DNA from: Takakia lepidozioides
Taxonomy: Eukaryota > Plantae > Bryophyta
Assembly (NCBI GenBank): GCA_030704615.1
Contig: CM060732.1
Span: 71,424,001 to 71,488,000, forward strand
DNA: 64,000 bases
Direction: 5' to 3'
Shown: positions 51,400 to 64,000 of the stretch, piece after piece
Numbering within the stretch: the first letter of the stretch is position 1
How the letters are laid out: each line of letters starts with the position of its first letter
The notes under the pieces: generated by a model
Database searches by the model: none
What the model was told of the DNA's origin: nothing
The model's input: only the letters and a program-made list of their open reading frames with translations
Translations under genes and position numbers: made by a program

Positions 51400-54300
51400 T
51401 TCTGTCAGTCTGGACACCTGCCCCCAAAAAGCTGCAGCCAACTCTGAAACTGTAGGTTTTTCCTATGGAAGCAACACAACCTTAATCCTAATATTCTGGT
51501 GGCACCGCCATTTGGATTGAGAGGTAAGGAACAAGTCAAACTGAAAGATACAGCCACCAACTGTAGGCACCCCTGTTCCTGTCTCAAATGGATCTCGTTC
51601 TGATGATGCATCAGAGACCACAGGGGCTTCTATCAGTATGCAAATAGGGTCCGCTCCTTCTTTGTCTCCTGGAAATGCCTACATCCTGAGACAGGCATTG
51701 CAGTCAAAGTCCTCAGGTTTGATGTCTGGGCCAGTAAGGCCTGGAAACAAGATAGAGACAGGTTTCCGCAAGAAGATCCAGTCGTCAACAGAGGCTCAAT
51801 TCGGTTTTCGCTTGAGAAATGTCGGACAGTGGCAAGTGTTGCTGGAGAAGGGGGATCTATTGGGTCTGCGGTGGGTGCTGGCATGGGTCCAAGGGGACCT
51901 GGCAGTGGAGTTGGTTCACTTCCTGGGGCTGGAGGTGGAGGAGCACTCTTTGCCCTTGATCCAAGTGGGGCAGTAGTCCTGCTTGATGGATCCGGTAACC
52001 AGCATGGGGAAGCTCTACATGCTGCTACAGATATGTTCGCAGAAATGTTGATGAGGAAGGAAGGAGCAGCCCATGCAGTTTGGGATCTCACAGGTAAAGT
52101 TGCCAGCTTATCCCAGTCATTGCGTGTAACCCATGCAATAGGGACTTTCTATGTAGATATACTGAGATATTGAGAGGGAGGGCGGGAATCTGCAACAGTT
52201 CAGCAGGAGGCTCTGGATGGTCGCTGCTGCCGCTGCTGCGGCAGGAGCTTCGGGGGGAGCAACTGGTCTGCTTGGAAGGCCCCCGAACAGTGCTGAAGAA
52301 AAGCTTTATCAGTTCCCTCGAGGGAGCTATCTCAAGCCTGGATAGTCTTCACTTAGAAAATGTGCAAGTTCAGATTGTGTGGGCAACTCATGACCTTCAA
52401 CCAAACTGTCTTTTGGTTCTGCTGCAGGGAAGAACAGGCGTTTGTCAAAGCCACATGGGTTGTATTTCTGCATGCCTGTGCCTGTGGGAGGTCGAGGCGG
52501 CTGAGAAACGACCCGACCTGACGATGACCTGGCACTTTGGCACCCTATTCCTGCTCTACAGTAAAACTAGTCTCCGGCCTTCAGTCGTCACCAGAATTAA
52601 ATTTGGAGAGGTCTCCAGCAAATCTCTCCCTCCCATGGGCATCCCATCTTTTCCCCTCTGCTCCTCTTCCAGCTGTAGCAAAGTACTCTACCCAGTCAGG
52701 TGTGGTGTCAGACTTGGACTTGTTACAAATGTTCTCCAATGCACCTCACTCCAGGGGTGGACAAGGTTCATTATCCTTTTATTCGTTTCTAAGTGGAGAA
52801 GGCCCTCACCTTGGTCATAGTGCCATCTTCTATATGTCGCCTGGGCGAATCCTCCGTTGAATACAAAAAAGTGTTTGAGCAGCGACTTGAGGTGTTGGAC
52901 ATGGGCCTTGCATGCGCCCCGAACCCTGGATCACAGACCTCCAGAGGACCACTGCAGGCAGATTGCACTGAGTTGGAACTCCTCACACTTCCCTGGACAG
53001 TGAAGAACTCACAGTAAGACTAGGAAGAAGGAGACAGTGGGAGGACATGAAATGAAATGAAGAGAGAGAAGGGCCCTCCACAAGCAGCCCAAAAAGCCAC
53101 TATTGCTCAAGGGACTGTCTAAGAGTCAACACCTCATGCAGGTAAGAAATGAAGTGAAATGGTGCTTTATAATGTCCACATGAAGCTTTGTTTCTATCAT
53201 TTTTATTGTCCAGTAAGCTATGGGACAAAAGAAAGAGACGAAATGATACCAAAAGAAAGCAGAGCACAAGAATGAATTTGGGGCACTCAACAAGCAGCCC
53301 AAAAATTAGTTTTCAACTTCAAGAGCCTCATGTAGATATGCTGCCAAACAATTATGGTCCTTGTAGTGAAACATCTCAACATGGGATTGGTTGTTCCAGA
53401 ATAGAAGCAAAGGTGTAATAGAATTTCTATAAATATAACGTGTATAGAATAGGAAGGAAGATACAATAGAATCTTACGTTCACACCAGCTTGACGAAGCT
53501 GGCATATGAGCTCTATTTCCTCACTGGAGAGCCACAAGAGTTGTTGCTGCTTTGAGTCCTGGGAGGGCCCATTTGCTATAGGAGCTGCAACCTTCTGTCC
53601 AGATGGGCATTTGCATTTGTAAGAAAGCTGCTGAGATTCTTGACCACAGGGAGCAGGGGAATGTGGATAATAGGAAGGAAGCTCTGTATGCTGATGAGGG
53701 TCAAATGAGTATCGCCAATGGGGTTGGGAGTTGAGAGCAGTGTCAGTTTTGGAAATCATGGGATGTGACTGTGAGAATGTGACAGGCTCCAAAGAGGTGT
53801 TTCTGCAACTTTCTATCACTTGCGTGTATCCTGCAGAAGGCAAGACAGCCTGCTGATAGGATGTCGCATATGGTGCCCCCACACTCTGTTCGTTGGAATT
53901 GCATGAGGACTGGCCCACATTTTGAAAAGCACAAGGGTCATAACGTTGGAGAGTTGATTGCGCAGAATGTCCTGCAAAGAGGCAGATCAGTTTTATGTCC
54001 AGGAAAAGAGTGGAAATACATCTTGATCATAACAAGTGCAAAGAGTTGTAATCAATGGATTGAAACTGGTCACCCAGAGAAAACAGAAGCTGCAAAATTT
54101 CTTGAGCACATAGTTTTTCAGCCTTCCACAAGCATAGCATGTAACAACCCCAATGCGCAGTGAAATGGAGAAGCATCATATGAACAATGGGAATTCTGAA
54201 AAAAGAAAAAAAACAAGCACAGGCTGGACAACAGTTATCCATCTGCTGAGAGAACTACTGCACAGTTGGGACATCATCAAGTGGATTTCAACTTGAGACA

Positions 54301-57300
54301 ATCAATTTCAGGCTCACCGCTCAGTCATGTAATGTGCTGTTTTCAGTATTGTTACCCCTAACCCTGTAGATGTACACCCGAAAGATGTTAAATACCAGGT
54401 CTCTGGTACTGCATCGAACTGAACACCTTGCTTGTACGAGACACCCCCAAACCAAGAACAGTTGTTGGCTGTGGAGGTCTACTACAACAACTTCAAGAAA
54501 CAGAGCACTATCACCTGGGTTTAAATGGCAATATCATGATGGACCCAACGATAGGCCGAGGTGAATATTCCACCTGGGGAATGTTTCTTCTTAGAATTGG
54601 GTACTGAACATCGCAGACACCTCTCACCGAAAGGACCACCTCAAGTTCAAACAGGACAGTCCAATATGACCAGAAAGTTGGGAATTTACCACTAGAATAG
54701 GGTCTTGGACCATTTGAGGGAGGGACCTGCTGCTGGTGCAAGTGGAAGGAAGGAACATGAAAGTTGAGAGCTGGGTGTAAAGTTGGCATTTCTGGAGAAG
54801 TCGGTTTCTCAGGGGCTTCCTCCACAGAACAAGAATTTTGCTGGTTATAGCCGTTGAACCCACTTACTGAACCCAGTATAGGCTTGGGCCAGCAGCAATG
54901 CCTTTCTGGGGACCCAGCCAGAGAGGACCTTGGTGAGCCTTCGAAGGATGAAGATACTTGAGGTTCATGCGCTTGATAGGCTGCTGCAGTCTGCAAGCCC
55001 GGCCAGGAACCTTTAGGCTTCTGAGTCGCCGAGGTCTGCATGTATGGACTGGCTACCTCCACTCTCCTTGGAAAGGGCCGAGAGGATTCCCACTTTCCTA
55101 AGCTGTGTTCATCTTGCAGTGCAGTGAATCGGTTGTGTGAGCCATGAGACGAAGAGTGGATAGCATGTTCAGAATACCCGCCCCCTGTACAGTCCATACA
55201 TCCAGCTTCAGTCTTCCTTCCACCACTGTGATGCAATGTGGGAAACATATGGAAGTAAAGCAGATGTAAGGGCACAGGTTGTGATCAAAGTGAGAAACAG
55301 TCTAAGACAGGAAGAGATATAGGGGAGGTGGAGAAAGATAAAGAAAGAAGATGAAATAAACTGATGAAATAAACTGATTATAGGGGCATCCACAAGCAGC
55401 CCAAACAATGAAATGAAATGGTACTTCATAATGTCCGCAGAAAGCTCAAAGAGCTTATGGGACAAAAACAAAAGAGGGAGCCAGAAGCAGCCCAAAAGCA
55501 GGTACTGCTTAAGGGATTGCCTAAGGGTCAAAGCTTTATGCAGGTAAGCTGCCAAGCATTTCTGATCCTCGTAATGGAAGACTTCTGTGAGAGATTGGGT
55601 TTCACAGCATAGACAGTTGAATCTCCCACAGATCTCATAGTAGAAAGAGCAGTAAAAGAAGAAGTGTTCTTCAGTGTCCCAGAAACTGAGGCAGTGAAGG
55701 AGGAGGAGATGAAGAAGGGAGTTGCCAAAATCAAAACAAAACTTAAAACTTTGACAAGGAATGAGGTCTTTGAGGTTAATACAGTTACCTGTATGTTGAA
55801 GGTGCTCGACCACCGCGTCTGTAGTGAAAAGTGGACTCCTCTGACAGCCGTCATTAGCCGTGGCAGAAAATCTCTCCAGGAAAATTTTTTCTTCTTCAGG
55901 GGGTTCAGCAGACCAACCCACTTGGTCATTGCTCCAATGGACATTAGGATATGCAGTATCCACATAACTGGTGTTCTGATTCACCACTCCATCTGGCTGA
56001 TTTCCTTGAGAGCCTGTCACTCCACAGCTGGATTGGTAAGACTCGCAGCAGTCATTCAGACCCTGATGTGTGGGAGGAGTATGGACGCTGGAGAAAGGAG
56101 CCACCCACTGGTTTCTTTCCACAAACATTTCTTTGCTTTGAGGCTCACAGAGCTCAGATTGAATAGATTGGACTGTTACGTTAGCTGAGGTGTGTTCATT
56201 CCATCCCGTGCCTGGCCAGACGCTTGGAACCACCAAAATGGTCTTGACCTCTTCCACATCTGGTATATCTCTCTCCATGCATAAATTTGATTGGCTGAAG
56301 TTGCCAATGCAACCACCAAGGGCTTGGCCTCCCATTGCCACTAGCAGCCTTTCCTGCTTACAAGGATCACATACCTTCACAAACTCATCTGTTTGTAAGC
56401 AATGTTTCTGAAAGTACTCTTGCAGCCTTCCCTCACTAGTTGGACTGACCTGCATGATGCTTGGTTGATTAGACTTGACCATATTAGCATCATTCACTGG
56501 TGGGTAGATAATAACGCTCTCAAGGGATGCAGTTTCTGACTTTGATGTGGTCTTGTGTCCTGTTTCTTTCAGAGAAACTGATCCGCAGATTGAGGCCGTG
56601 TCTTCTCCAGAACTGCAGCTTGTAGCAACAAAACTGGGGACTGAGCTATCAGCCAAAACAACCACCATGTCAGTCTTTTCTCCCCCACTATCTTCTCCAT
56701 CTGAAGAAACCACCATTTTCTCTTCCACTCGATGCTTATTCTTAGCTGATGATTTCTTCCAGCTCTGCATCAACCAGCCATTCGTGAGGCCATTCTTCAT
56801 CCGAAGAATTATAGGTATTTTCCGTTGCCCACCTGCAGGATACTCTTTCAGATGGACATCCTCTTTTGGCATATCCTTCACAACCCCTATAACCTGTTGG
56901 GCATGCAGAATAAGGTTGAGATGGTCAGCATCATGTTGCATTCCAATGTCTCAGAAAGAAACAAATCCATTATATATGTGGTAGGGCCAAAGGGCCCCAG
57001 GGAGGGAGACAGGATAAGTGACTTTTGACTCCTGAGCTTCTCTCTTTACAGTTGAGGGACAGACCTGATCCAAGTTTCAAGCAACTTCTTAGGCCCTCGT
57101 CTTTTCTCACAACAAATTTCCTCTCTTTTTCTCTTCTTTCTCAAGTTCTGAGAATCATGCGATGTACATACATGAGGTACCTGTGAGTTGTGTGCTTCAG
57201 GCTCCATATAATCAGGGACTGTAATATCCGCTTCAGCTAGTGGCCTATGTGTTATTTCAGTTGATTCCATGTCTTCCTTACCCACTACAGCAGCCCCATG

Positions 57301-60300
57301 TTCCACAGCCTGCCAGCCTGAATCGAGACCCAAATATGCAACTACTAGATTGCTGGTTTCAGTAGCTGCTGGAAATCTTACAGGGAAGCTTGGCAATTTT
57401 CCTTTCTGAAGGGATAAATACTGGCAAAAGAGGTCTTCAGAGCTAGAGATGCTCTGCATGTTCACCCCTCCAGTCTCCCAAGCCTGTTGCTGAAGGGGCA
57501 CCTTCAAACTTTGCAAAGCAAAATGCCTGTCATGCTTTGATATGATAAATTGCTGATAATCCAGCTGGACGCCATCTGTCCCCTTCATTCCAACGGTGAT
57601 TCCTTGCATACTATTATCTGCCACTACTCCTTCCAGACCAGGTTCAGTGCCCAGCCTTTCTTCCACCGATCCCATTCCCTGTGGGATACAATGGATCACC
57701 ACCTCTCAGCAAGCCGGCGTTGAAGCATCTCTTGTAGGCTACATAAAGTACACATGGGACAACACAATACTTGAAAGTGCATAGCAGATAATCAAACAAT
57801 TTTTTTTGACAGCACCCATACTGGTAAAATGAGAAGTTCAAAGACATGTTTTGGAAGGTGCTCATGATACTCTGTAAGGTGACTACCATTCCAGAGGGAC
57901 TGGCCTTCAGTGAACCAACCTCCAGGGTAGCCAACAAAGGTCTCTCTTTGGCCTGGGAATCTGGCACATGTCCCTCATGCTCATCAGTGGAGCATTCGCA
58001 ACTGTGAGGGAGTTCGCTCTCCATCCTGAACAACCCAGATCCAGTTTCGATAAATTACAGATTGATCAGAAAACATAAGTGTATGATTTTTTTGCTAGTA
58101 AATCCAAGAGAACGTCAGCCTCATACGTAAGAATGGAAATCTACAGATGCTGCATCCTAAGCACTAGTACACTTTGCAAGGCAGCTACAGGAGTAAAAGG
58201 CATGTAAGCAGGGAGTTACAAATGGCACTGTTAAATTCCTTGAACTCCATTGACGGTATAGCAGGCAAGAGTAGACTAATAACAGATTTGGCATGTGTAT
58301 AGATTTTACGTACATGAGCGGTCTCTGCCAGGCAGGCCACTGGTTGGAGTGCCCTGTATGACCTAGCAAGCACAAGTTTGAAAGCTCGAACTTCTCAAAC
58401 CGATCAGATCTCTGAAACATTTCTGCAGATATTTCATTAACAGCCTTTCCTCTTACACCCTCAACATAGGCCTGCTGCAGGAATGGCTCATCCTCCTGTA
58501 AAAGAAGCTGGATATTGCCTCCCCCCCCTCTCCTCCTCCCTTTAGAGTCCAAAGTATTACCTTGGAGTAAAGGTTCCATGTGACCCTTTTGTCCATCGCC
58601 CGGCCCCATTTGTTTGCTCACTTCTCTCTCTACTAAACTCTTTCGGTGAGAAAATCTCAGGAATGGAGACCAGTTGCAAGACTCTTCAGCCCAAAATGTC
58701 TCTTTTGTGGGTAATTCACCCACATGATCTGATCTCATAGGCCCCATAAATGTGTTTTGATGAGGCCCTGCTTCACCTTCATCACCCTGTCTCATTGATG
58801 GCGACAACAGGCATGGGTATTAATAACTCTAGAACTTACCACTGCTTGATTATGCACAGAAGCCATTCAGACTCGAACCAAACTAGTAGGTTGATAGACT
58901 AAGCCCTAGTGCCAGAAATAGCGGGCACCATATGGGTCTTCTTTTTATTCTTTATGGCATATAGAGTTCTCGCCCCAACTCCGAAAATGTGTAACTTAAG
59001 ACATGGGAAACAAGTATTGTTTTCTGCAATAGACACTCAAAACTCAACTTTGTGCAATACTTTGAAGGTCCAGTACCATTTGACAGCTATATACAATCCT
59101 TCATACAAGAAGTGTGAGTACAAATCTTTAAAGGGGAAGCCTGTTCCCCCCTCATTGAAGTTACCATTACGAACCAATTATTGCACAATTTGTGAATTAT
59201 CCATACAGGTACAACCCAAACCTGGTGGTGAGGGAAACTCGTTGCTGATATAAACCTGTCACACTCTTTCTCAGAGAGACTCAGATTTTGTATGCTTTGC
59301 TCCAACTCACTGTATGACTGGGAAGCCAACAATGGCTCACTCTCTTCTTCTGCAGAATTGTACCAATGCAGTACTTCCGATGAAAACCCCTGATCCGGAC
59401 AGAGTCTCTCTGGGCTACTCCTCACATCCTTGTCTAACCTCACAGGCCAATCCTCAGAACCTGCTGAGAAACCTATCCCTAGTGCTTGAGTTCGACTGAT
59501 AGGGTTATCTGTCCACCCGATTTCTAGTTCCTCATCCGCTGTCTGACCTGACCTAGCAGAAATCTCGGTGCTGTGACTTTCCTCGGAGCCATTTGTGGCA
59601 ATTGAATTGGATATCAATAATTGAGGGGCTGGAGAACACTGTGGGCCCTCAACTCTGTCAGAACCAGTTCCTACTCCATGTCTTTGTTTCACAGGACTCA
59701 TCCCACCTTGAACGCTTCCCCCAGATATAGGATTCTGTGAACGCTCAATCTTTGACGTCCCAGTTTTTAAGGAGAAGAAGCTGCAAGCCTCGGGGCTGTT
59801 TGGACAGTCCATCTCGGAATCTGTCCTGCTCACTTGATCCCCAACCAATCCCCTGCCATTTTCCTTCTCTTTCTTGTCCTTTGCTTGTGTATGTTCCTCC
59901 TCTGGTCCTTCTGTATGTGTGCCTATCCCCAGAAAATAAACTTTACTGTTATCACTGATTGTTCTGTCTGTAGAACTCTCTTTGCTGTGGTCACCGTCTG
60001 GTTGACTTTGCAACCCCCTCTTGCTCTTCCCCTTCTCAATCATCCCCTGTCTATCGATGCGGTGTTCAGTCTCCCACTCACTACCCTTCTCAGATTCTGA
60101 TGACCTTTGCTGCCCCTTTTCCATGTCCAAACGAGGAACTGTGTCATGCAACCTCTTGCTCCCAAATATTTCCTCCCTCTGCGCACATAACAGTTGAATA
60201 AACTAAAAACATGAAAAAATAATGGTGATTACTCATTGGAAGGTCCACATGCCAACTTATTTGCTCTAGTTCCACTTTATTTTTAAGCAATGACCAAAGC

Positions 60301-60890
60301 ATCAAAACTATGTAGTAACCTTTCAGTTCGGCCTAGCATTCTGAAACGAACTTGACATTCAAGTTGCGACTTAAGTGCTTGAGGTTGACTTTCAAAGGGT
60401 AAAACGTGGAGATAAAAAAAGTGCGTACCTTGCTGTCAGTGGATTCCCACCTGAACAGATATTCCTCCCTCTCAAGCAGATTAGTCAGTGGTTGTGCACT
60501 TTGCTCTCTCTGATCTTGTGGGTGGCATCTTTTCCAGTTGTACTTGCCAGCCTCAATATCCCCTCTCTCTGTATCCATCTCTCCTTCCTTGGTGAATGCA
60601 TTCTTGCCTGTCTCCCTCTCTGAGATTGTGACTGATTCTAACTGGTTGCCTGTAGGCAAACCATTACAGCTTGCAGCAGCATCTGTTGCTGGAGCCCCAT
60701 CTTCTCTCCCATTTTGAAAAAATCTCCCTTCAGAATTCCTGGTTGCCTCGATAGCAAATGCACACCTTGTTTCTCTCGTTCCAACCTCGGGTGTGGGTAA
60801 TTTCTCACTAATTGAGATTGTAAGCTGCTTTGGAGGCTCCCAGACCTCTGGAAACATCAAGCTCTCCCGCATCTGAGGCATCACTCTCAT
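51400..60890 (-). CDS. Very large multi-exon protein, S/E/Q/P-rich and probably disordered, no recognisable domain
   Basis: Series of long minus-strand ORFs with splice-like ends (~60429-60890, 59230-60180, 58320-58810, 57850-58050, 57050-57700, 55789-56895, 54680-55210, 53480-53980, 52810-53010, 52395-52560). The 3' end and exact junctions are not resolved. Confidence 0.6.
53045..53180 (-). mobile_element. LINE family 2 3' fragments (intronic)
   Basis: CCACAAGCAGCCCAAAAAGC..TGCTCAAGGGA and GAAATGAAATG tails match the other family 2 copies. Confidence 0.7.
55300..55690 (-). mobile_element. LINE family 2 3' end (C-terminal finger region + 3'UTR + TTTCA tail), intronic
   Basis: TEEHFFFYCSFYYEICGRFNCL..SLTEVFHYEDQKCLAAYLHKAL, nearly collinear with 43800-43990. 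Confidence 0.85.
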
Positions 60891-62056
60891 TTCAGTAGAG
60901 ACTGATACCTGACTGGGAGATCATTCATCAAATGGTGACAGTCGATTTGAGCTTGGCCCTTGTTCTCAAACTAGTGGCACCCCCACTCCGGGCAGCTCTT
61001 GAAAACGTAAAGACACAGTCGCCTCGTAGGAGTCATCCACCAAGTTGGTGCAGTTTTCAAGGATGGCGTTGGGATTCGGAACCCTGAATAGTTCTTCATG
61101 GTTCTCCATCAAGTAACCTCATCCATGTTGCAGCTTTACTGGCCAGGGAGATCAGCCTGGCGCTCCTCATCCAAAACTGAATGTCTAAGATTCATGGTCG
61201 AGCTTGCTACAAACCTGCAGAAATATCTGACTGACATGCACCAAGGTGCTTGCACACACTCTTTATCCGCTAGGGGTTGGAAAATCAGAGCTCACATAAA
61301 GCGGACTCTTAGCTGGAATTTGTGTCACAACCTCTGAGGGTGCTGCAGGTAGAACTGGACATGGACATCATTGTACAGGTTGCTCATCCCACAATTTGAC
61401 ATAGACGTGGAACACGTGGCTGCAAGACTGCTTCCTCCCCTCCAAGCATGACTCATGTGATCTACCTACAGCCAGAATGTTCGCTTCCTTATGACTGTAA
61501 CTGCGGGCAATCCGAGGACTCTCGACGGCCATGCCTAGTGTTTCACAGCTCGACAAGGCAGGAAGCGAAGGGAGGGGGACGACGCAAAGAAACCGAGCAT
61601 GATCCAACACAACCGACCGTTACGTTGTGTTATGTTCTGCCCCGCTGACCGGACTCCCGCTTCTTTGCGTGAGCCCGGGTTGTTCCCATGTGGGGGCAAC
61701 GGGAACAGGCACTCGTATGGTCTCGAACGAGTACAAGAATCATGATTAAATGCGCTGGACAATTCAACCATCCTCCATTCCAAATGGTCTTTGACAGCGA
61801 GAGAACGTGAGAACGTGGGTTCTAATGTAACGGTACTTTTAGGTCAAAGGAAACCCCCTCTCCTCTCGAGGGAGTTTCTCCTTCTTCAAGTGCTCGAGTC
61901 TTTCTGTTACTCTGTCTCCAGCACCGTTTTCAGAGAGATTGATTCTGTAGTTTGTTGCGCTACCAAGCTCTTTGTTTCGGAGGTTCTGTGGTTTCAGTAC
62001 AGGAGGTGCCACTTCTTCTCCTTGTACTCCACTCGTCAGGGAAGTATTGAAGAAGC

Positions 62057-63768
62057 ATGTCAGTAGCTGCGGCAGCGCCTGCGGCAGCAGCGGAGGTCCA
62101 GGCCAGGCCTCCGAGGGCGCCCATGGCGGCGCCCCGCGGACCTGCGGGGCCCCCTCGCCCCGCCATTGCTGTAGACCGAGAAAAGGTAAGCAGACACATA
62201 CACAAGTTCGTTCCCGCGCTTTTGTCCCTTCTCATTTCTTTCCTCCTTGGAACCACAACGAACCCGATGGTTTCTTGGCGACGCGGGAATTTGTGACAGC
62301 TTCATAGAGAGTTTGACAGTTCGTATAGAAAAATGTCGATAAGAAGGTACATAACGATATGCAGTATAAAGCCCAACATTTTCTGCATTTTCATGCTGCA
62401 TCGACCCCAAGGTATTGTTCGTTGGCTGCAATACGTTTCCGGGCACTCGGTCTGAAGTTAAGTCTGCTGACTCGTTAACAAAAAGTGCGGCTGGATATGT
62501 CAATGAAAGACAGCCATGCTTACACAGAAGTGCAGTAAAACCCTGCACCTCTGCAACAGCAGTCAAAGGCAGTCCTTAAATGTGAAAAGGCATGATGTAT
62601 TCTTCATACATTGGTCCTTGTGCTCGAGTTACATATCAGTTAAAAGTTAATGCAGGTTCCAACTTGCAAGCAGTTGTAGGAGTATTTACTACTTTCATGT
62701 AAGTTTGAGCTAGTTAAGAAGACTTTTTGGATTCATTGATGGAACTCACACAGAGCTGAATTGAATGGCATTTGCCAGAGGGTGTGGATCGACAAATGAC
62801 AGAGCAATCAACCTGAGATTTACATCAACGCTGTGGTGATAATTAGAAAGTCTGACGTTTGAAGAGGCTCAGTCCTTAAACAGCATGTTGTTTTTTTTGC
62901 AACTGAGAATCTCGGAAACTTGCAGCATGTTTTAACCAAAACATGGTATCCGAGGCCTAAATAGTTCCTTTCTCTCAAGGAATTGCTTAAAAGCAACCTG
63001 CCTTCCCAGAGAGAGAGAAAGAGAGATACTCAATAACTGTCCCCTGCAAGTATTTACCGCAGTGTATCCCTCAGGTATCCCTGGGTGTAGTTCAACCAAC
63101 CCAACAAGGATAGCCAGCTCGAAATTGCTTGAACACTTATGCAAACATCGCCACTCCAACCAAAGTGTCTGATTGTTATAAAGAGGTTGCTTTTATGGGT
63201 GGGGTGCAGACATGCCCACTACTCCTTCGCGTTTTCCCAAAGGTTCGCCTTTCCCTCACTACATTCCATGTCAGTCCAGTCATGTCAGTGGTGGATGTTC
63301 AAGAAATTGTTGGTGTGTCGGTGCTTTCTCTCTCCCTTTGTTCACTTTAAATTCTGGGAAAATCTTTCTGTTAAGAAGTCTGGTAAAGAGCTTGTTGGAT
63401 GAAGTCTGGAAAGGGACAAACATCCTTTGATAGTAGCATCCCCAATCTTCTCCTTTGTTGTGATGCCAGCTGTCTCCCTTTTTTTGGCTCTTTCCAAATT
63501 GTGTGCTTGTTTCATCGCCACAGGGCTAGTGCAGTCTTTAAGAATAATTCCTCCCATTTTCATCCACCTTCAGGAGGTCCTGTTTCTCCTCTCCTCATCA
63601 GTTGACACTGTTAGACTACAGATGTCTGAAAGAAATCGTAGCTGATTGGGCAAACAGGATGGAGGCCATCACACTGTGGAAGACTTTGCGGTACGAGGGA
63701 AAGAGCCAAAGGATGAAGTTCAGATCTACACCTGGCGCGACGCCACCTTGCGGGAGCTAACTGATCTT
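62057..63768 (+). CDS. SAP18: Histone deacetylase complex subunit SAP18 (ASAP/PSAP complex), exons 1-3; continues beyond the window
   Basis: Exons 62057-62185 (..AVDREK), 63210-63242 (TCPLLLRVFPK) and 63658-63768 (DGGHHTVEDFAVRGKEPKDEVQIYTWRDATLRELTDL). All are phase 0, GT-AG, and carry the signature SAP18 sequence. Confidence 0.97.
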
Positions 63769-64000
63769 GTAAGCCTTAGCTTCAGTGCCTTTTGCAAAAG
63801 TGTCCATTTCTTCTTTTATGCCCTCGTTATATATTCCATTAAAATACTGTCAATTCCTCTTTAGGCCTTTATTCAAGGAAAGGGGAAATTCCGATCATCA
63901 AATTAAAAGCCAAAAGCCTCCATATGTCTCTCCCTCTTCACAAAGGGCAGGTTGGATTTTGGAAGCCAGTGGTATGTAATACCTGATCAAGTGGAACTCT

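Noticed and set aside
55208-55788. Cys/His-rich C-terminal domain at the end of the 577-aa ORF
   Set aside because: Read-through past a splice donor at 55788 into an intronic LINE family 2 fragment that is also present at 43800-43990.

Overview
Eukaryotic nuclear DNA from a seed-free land plant. A bryophyte is most plausible (inferred from PLS-class PPRs, intron style and repeat content), but the species cannot be identified. From left to right: (1-13.2 kb) a nest of decayed transposons: a Ty3/Gypsy LTR element inserted into a MULE-like transposase gene, then a TA-flanked TIR element enclosing an endonuclease-bearing Helitron remnant, a fragment of an acetylornithine aminotransferase gene and a hAT MITE. 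(14.1-24.5 kb, minus) an intact 11-exon gene that fuses an N-terminal DCD domain to a TRF4/TENT4-like non-canonical poly(A) polymerase. (26-41.5 kb, minus) one or two poorly conserved multi-exon genes, with a small Helitron and a full-length, TSD-flanked LINE in an intron. Many 5'-truncated copies of that LINE and of a second LINE family are scattered through the window. (46.7-51.2 kb, plus) scrambled remains of a gene in which tandem OSB-type 'PDF' ssDNA-binding motifs are fused in frame to a PLS-type PPR array. (51-61 kb, minus) a very large, domain-less multi-exon gene. (62-64 kb, plus) the first three exons of SAP18. The two best candidates for undescribed biology are the PDF-PPR fusion and the DCD-nucleotidyltransferase fusion. 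All calls come from reading and translating by eye; no database searches were run.
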